From assembly GCA_028870715.1 (NCBI GenBank), contig JAGWOZ010000001.1:18216-82215 (forward strand): 64,000 bases of DNA, written 5' to 3'. The DNA comes from Betaproteobacteria bacterium (GTDB taxonomy: Bacteria; Pseudomonadota; Gammaproteobacteria; Burkholderiales; Burkholderiaceae_C). Made by a program: the position numbers and the translations under genes. Positions 60,317 through 64,000 of the stretch are shown here, piece after piece. The notes below the pieces were generated by a model, which saw only the letters and a list, made by a program, of their open reading frames with translations, was not told the origin of the DNA and did no database searches. Numbering within the stretch: the stretch's first letter is position 1; every line of letters begins with the position of its first letter.

Positions 60317-60801
60317 ATCGGCGCGACCAGTTGCAAGCCGACGAAGCCAGAACCGCTTTGCGTGTTCGGCACAGCCAGCAGATTGATGCCAAAGCCCTGC
60401 GCGGTGCGCAGGCGCAGCACTGCGCCGGCGGCGAGCGGTTCGCACGGCACCTCGGGGCGGCGATAGCCGCTCACGAGGCCAGCGGCCAAGCCCGCGCTGG
60501 CCTTCAGGCCGGCGGGCAGATCAAGCCGCAATGGCGTCCAGACGCCCAGCGCGTACGCGGTTTCACGGCGGTAGCTGTTGCGGTAAAACCCGCCTGCGGC
60601 GCTCCAGTCAGGGCTGAACTGGTACTCGATGCCCAAGCCAGGGTTGTCCTGGTTGAGCTGGCGGCGGGCCCAGGCTTCTGTGTGGACGCTCGTGACATTG
60701 ATGTCAAGCGCCCAGGGCGACGGCGGGGTGTCGGCGGCGTGGGCGGTGGTGAGCGTAAAGGCCAGGAGAAGGCCGGTTGCGAGGGGTTTGAGGGGGTGCA
60801 T
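60313..60801 (-). CDS. PagP-like outer-membrane barrel
   Basis: Signal peptide, SVH..NQDNPGLG.E..GFYRNSY..AY pattern. Confidence 0.45.
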   Translation of the reverse strand: MHPLKPLATGLLLAFTLTTAHAADTPPSPWALDINVTSVHTEAWARRQLNQDNPGLGIEYQFSPDWSAAGGFYRNSYRRETAYALGVWTPLRLDLPAGLKASAGLAAGLVSGYRRPEVPCEPLAAGAVLRLRTAQGFGINLLAVPNTQSGSGFVGLQLVAPI

Positions 60802-60985
60802 GCAAGGACTCCAGAGAGTTGGTCTTGCATGCAGGCCCGCAGGTGCGAAATCTGCGCGGCGGGCAAGTGAGCACCCCACGGTTTTCGCGTCACATGTTCA
60901 TGGGTGTATTTGCAGATTTCCGTATTTACGATTCGGCAGAAATAAAAAACCCGGCGCGAAGGCCGGGCTGTAGATATGAGGCGGA

Positions 60986-61156
60986 TCAGCGCCGACGAGT
61001 CAGGCTGGAAACCAGCCAAACCAGCGCGATTCCAATGACGGCCACAATAGCCGCGCTAGCGAGGCTCAGGTTGTGGAGCGCTTTGAAAATCGCGGCGTAG
61101 ACCAGCCCGTGAACCAAGCTTGAGATGATCATGTGGGCGATGTCAATGTGGTGCAT
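60986..61156 (-). CDS. Small membrane protein (56 aa)
   Basis: CAGGAG RBS; MHHIDIAHMIISSLVHGLVY.., translated by hand. Confidence 0.5.
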   Translation of the reverse strand: MHHIDIAHMIISSLVHGLVYAAIFKALHNLSLASAAIVAVIGIALVWLVSSLTRRR

Positions 61157-61159
61157 GGG

Positions 61160-61342
61160 TTACTCCTGGCGGTGTGCGCGGATGCGGTTGCGGATCAGCG
61201 TGACTGCCACCACAGACCCTGCGCCGATGAGAATTCCCGCCAACGCCCCGGCGGGTGTCTGCGTTGCGCCGCCTCCAATGGTCAAACCCGCAAGTGCGGC
61301 CCATGCCATGCGGCCGCGCAGGGATTGAATGATCTCCCTCAT
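61160..61342 (-). CDS. Small membrane protein
   Basis: AAGGAG RBS, two hydrophobic segments. Confidence 0.45.
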   Translation of the reverse strand: MREIIQSLRGRMAWAALAGLTIGGGATQTPAGALAGILIGAGSVVAVTLIRNRIRAHRQE

Positions 61343-61536
61343 TTACTGCTCCTTTCCGCCCTTACTGGCGATGAAATCCTGTGTGGCCCCAGGGGTGTGA
61401 GAGGCCGGCCGGGTTGCGGCCGTGGGCCGATGGTTGCGTATGCGGGCGGCCCTGGCAAAGGTTTGCGCTTCATGGTCTGGCTCCTGGGTAAGTGCGGGTT
61501 AACGCCCGCACTTACTGACCCGCTGGTGCGAAATTT

Positions 61537-63999
61537 TTAGCGCTCCAGCTCGTAATCGTTTTCCAGGTCCGGGCCGTCTTCTTCGCGATCGCGTTCCTGC
61601 TCGGGAGCATCTGCGATGAGTTCACCGCGCTGTGCAACTGCCTCGCTCTGGCTGTTCTCGGCTTCGGGCTTCGCCTGCTCGGCTTGCTGGGCCTGCGCAT
61701 CGCGCTCAGTTTCTTTGTGCTCGATGTCGCGCTCGGCGGCGGGTTGTTCGCGCTCGCTGGTGCGCCGCTCGGTTTCCTGCTCGCGGCGGTCTTCGGTGGC
61801 CTCGCGCTCGCTCGCCTGGCGGTCGGCGTTGAGGTCGGCTTGATGGTCGTGAGGCTTTTTCGAGATCATGGCTTCTTCCTTCTGGAGTTCGACGCCGGCC
61901 TGGCGCTCGGCCTTGGCTGCGTCCTGGGTGTAAACGCGAGCGTCTTCCCGCGCTCGGGTGATGTTGACGTAGGTTTCTCGGTCGCCGTGCCGCCCGGATT
62001 CTGTATTGTGGTGGATGAAAACCTGCTTGACGGTCTGCCCCTGAGCGGCGTGGCTAGTCGTGGAATAGGCGTGCTCGATCGTCCGGTACGTTTTTGTGTC
62101 AAGCTCGATCTGCTTGCCGTTGTCCAAACGCACCGCCATGCGGTCGCCCTCGATTTTTTCGACCGTGCCGGTCTGGCCGTTACGATAGCTCACACGGTCG
62201 TTCTGCTGGTTTTCTGTGAAGCGCACTCGGTCGCCTTGGGAAAATTCGCGGTGCGTGGCCTGGTAACTTTGCATCCTGGCCTTGTCGGCCCGAGCGAAAA
62301 CTTCACGCCCGTCTTCCATCCTCAGCATCACAGTGTTGTGCCGGGCGTCGGTGCGGATGACCATTCCAGTCTCTCCTTTGCGAACGTCCAGGCTTTTGTA
62401 ATTGGCCCCGAATTTGACGATCTCGCCTTTCTGATAGCTCGCAGCTTGCCGGATCTGCGCCTCGCTGCGGTCGAGCTTGTCCAGCGTCTGGATCGTTTTG
62501 CCGTCGCCCAGATCACCCCGTGCTTTGAGTTGATCGCGGATCGCAGCATTGATGGCCTCGCGGTCGGCGTTTGTCGCGGTGAGAACCAGGGTTTCACGGC
62601 GCTCCTGCGCGGTCATGCCGGCATAGTCCTTGGCCAGGGACTGAATCACCGTCTTGTTATCTTGCTTCGCGGCATCGCGCAGTTGCTCACGCATGGTCTG
62701 CTGCTCTTTGGGAGTAAGAGCACGGCCTTCACGGCCTTCATATTTGGCGCGAATGGCGTCTTGCGCCGGGCGCGCCTCTCGGGTTTCCAGAGCGCGCAGC
62801 GCCTGCCCGTGTTGACGGTCCAAGATTTGGGCCACGGCGGTTTTCATGTGCTTCGTGGTTTGTCTGCGGATCGATTCTCGCCCCAGCTCGGCCTGGGGCA
62901 GCGCCGCCTGCGCCTTTTCAAAGGCGCGCCCGGCTTCAACGCCTTGATGTTGCAGTTTGTCGCCGAGGAAAACGACCCGCGCGCCCGCTGCTTCCGCCGC
63001 CTCGATCACCCGGTTGAATTCACGCTGGCCTGATTGGCTGGCCTCGTCCATGATGCGAAGCTCGCGCACCTGGCCGCCCCGCTCCGCCAGGGCGCGCAAG
63101 GTTTCGACTTCCTGGCTCAACGCGCGCATGTTGCGTTGAGCCAGTTCGCCGCGCACGGCTAGCGTCTCGGCGATGCTTGCCGGGCGCCAGTTCTCGGCAT
63201 CTTTGAGCATCACCCCAGCTACCCGCCCCGCCGTGTGGCCCAGTAGCTCAGCGATTTGCTGGTGCGCCGCTCCTGCGGCCTCGCTGGTGAGCGTGCCGCC
63301 TTGTTTGAACACCTGGCCGTCGTCGGCCAGGATGTACCGGGTCGAGGTCAAGCCCAAGTGATTGAGATTGGCGGATTCCAGCTCGCGGCTGGCCGGTCGG
63401 TACAGGCTGGCGGCGTACACGGCACCGTCTGCGGTCACCAGATAACGGCGGCCCTGAGAATCGAATTCCGTCTGCGTGCCAGCCTGCCGCTGGAGGCGCT
63501 TGAGATCGGCTTTCCCGCCCACAAAATCGTGCGTTTCCAACGCACGGCGGGCGAGATCAGCATCGCGCCCCGCCTGGCCTTCGTCGATCAGGTGCCGGGC
63601 TGTCGTCGTGCTGGCGATGCCTGATTCTTGCTCCATTTTGGCGGCCTGCTCGGAGCCATTGGAGAATCCGACAATTTTCCAACCCTTTGCCTCGGCCGCC
63701 TCGCGCACGAATTCGAGCATCGTGGTCTTCCCTGTCCCAGCGAGCCCTTGCACGCCCTGGAATCTGTCGCCAGAGGCCAGGATCATCGCGGCGGCGGCCC
63801 GTTGCTCAGGGGTCAGCTCGAAGCCCTTGCGGGCCTCGAAGGCGGCCAGAGCATGGGAGAACTCGCTTTTGGTCATGACGGCGGCGTGCTCACCCTTGCC
63901 TGCCTCGATCCGATCAACCATGAACCGCTCGGCCTTGACCATCTCCTCGGTGGTCAGTTTGCCATCTTCGCGCTCGATGATCTGGCCAGAACGGGTGCG
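61537..63999 (-). CDS. MOBF-like (TrwC/TraI) relaxase, RecD2-like helicase part; N-terminus outside the window
   Basis: VQGLAGTGKTT, MDEAS, LGDKLQ..VEAGRAF, HAYSTTSHAAQG, YVNITRAR; frame open to the window edge. Confidence 0.85.
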   Translation of the reverse strand, partial: RTRSGQIIEREDGKLTTEEMVKAERFMVDRIEAGKGEHAAVMTKSEFSHALAAFEARKGFELTPEQRAAAAMILASGDRFQGVQGLAGTGKTTMLEFVREAAEAKGWKIVGFSNGSEQAAKMEQESGIASTTTARHLIDEGQAGRDADLARRALETHDFVGGKADLKRLQRQAGTQTEFDSQGRRYLVTADGAVYAASLYRPASRELESANLNHLGLTSTRYILADDGQVFKQGGTLTSEAAGAAHQQIAELLGHTAGRVAGVMLKDAENWRPASIAETLAVRGELAQRNMRALSQEVETLRALAERGGQVRELRIMDEASQSGQREFNRVIEAAEAAGARVVFLGDKLQHQGVEAGRAFEKAQAALPQAELGRESIRRQTTKHMKTAVAQILDRQHGQALRALETREARPAQDAIRAKYEGREGRALTPKEQQTMREQLRDAAKQDNKTVIQSLAKDYAGMTAQERRETLVLTATNADREAINAAIRDQLKARGDLGDGKTIQTLDKLDRSEAQIRQAASYQKGEIVKFGANYKSLDVRKGETGMVIRTDARHNTVMLRMEDGREVFARADKARMQSYQATHREFSQGDRVRFTENQQNDRVSYRNGQTGTVEKIEGDRMAVRLDNGKQIELDTKTYRTIEHAYSTTSHAAQGQTVKQVFIHHNTESGRHGDRETYVNITRAREDARVYTQDAAKAERQAGVELQKEEAMISKKPHDHQADLNADRQASEREATEDRREQETERRTSEREQPAAERDIEHKETERDAQAQQAEQAKPEAENSQSEAVAQRGELIADAPEQERDREEDGPDLENDYELER

Positions 64000-64000
64000 A

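Noticed and set aside
61439-61459. Seventeenth TTTGCC/CATA motif on the minus strand
   Set aside because: Spacer is 11 bp and it lies inside a plausible small ORF (61339-61473); not counted
1-64000. Insertion sequences or rRNA
   Set aside because: No transposase motifs, IS ends or rRNA-like sequence recognised

Overview
A GC-rich, probably betaproteobacterial, conjugative element that combines plasmid and integrative features. Left part: a P-type (Trb) type IV secretion block (trbE, trbJ, Eex-like lipoprotein, trbL), a YadA/collagen-like adhesin, a run of DNA-acting or polyvalent proteins (three Toprim-like proteins, LPD7, ArdC-MPTase, frameshifted UvrD), the VirD4/TraG coupling protein and TraF. 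Middle: a defence island (MmeI/YeeA-like methyltransferase, YhcG, YeeB-like helicase, YeeC-like GIY-YIG nuclease, NACHT NTPase), an inverted trbF-G-I operon, a StbABC/TraKLM-like module with 11-bp and 22-bp repeat arrays, hicAB, AlpA and a large helicase-like gene. Right part: two divergent tyrosine integrases around a tmRNA/tRNA-3'-like att core, an NgoMIV-family R-M pair, a DnaA-box oriV candidate with ParA/ParG and Rep, an outer-membrane gene cluster and the C-terminal part of a MOBF-like relaxase-helicase. The most unusual signals are: (i) a TTTGCC-N9-10-CATA promoter-like motif upstream of 16 backbone genes; (ii) circularly permuted fragments of an integrase 3' end flanking a cargo gene, suggesting a cassette-capture system; (iii) a 10-mer (TTGCCCCTGC) present in 12 exact copies; (iv) a shared relaxase-like C-terminal tail on about 8 proteins. 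All family assignments come from motifs recognised by eye; no database search was run.
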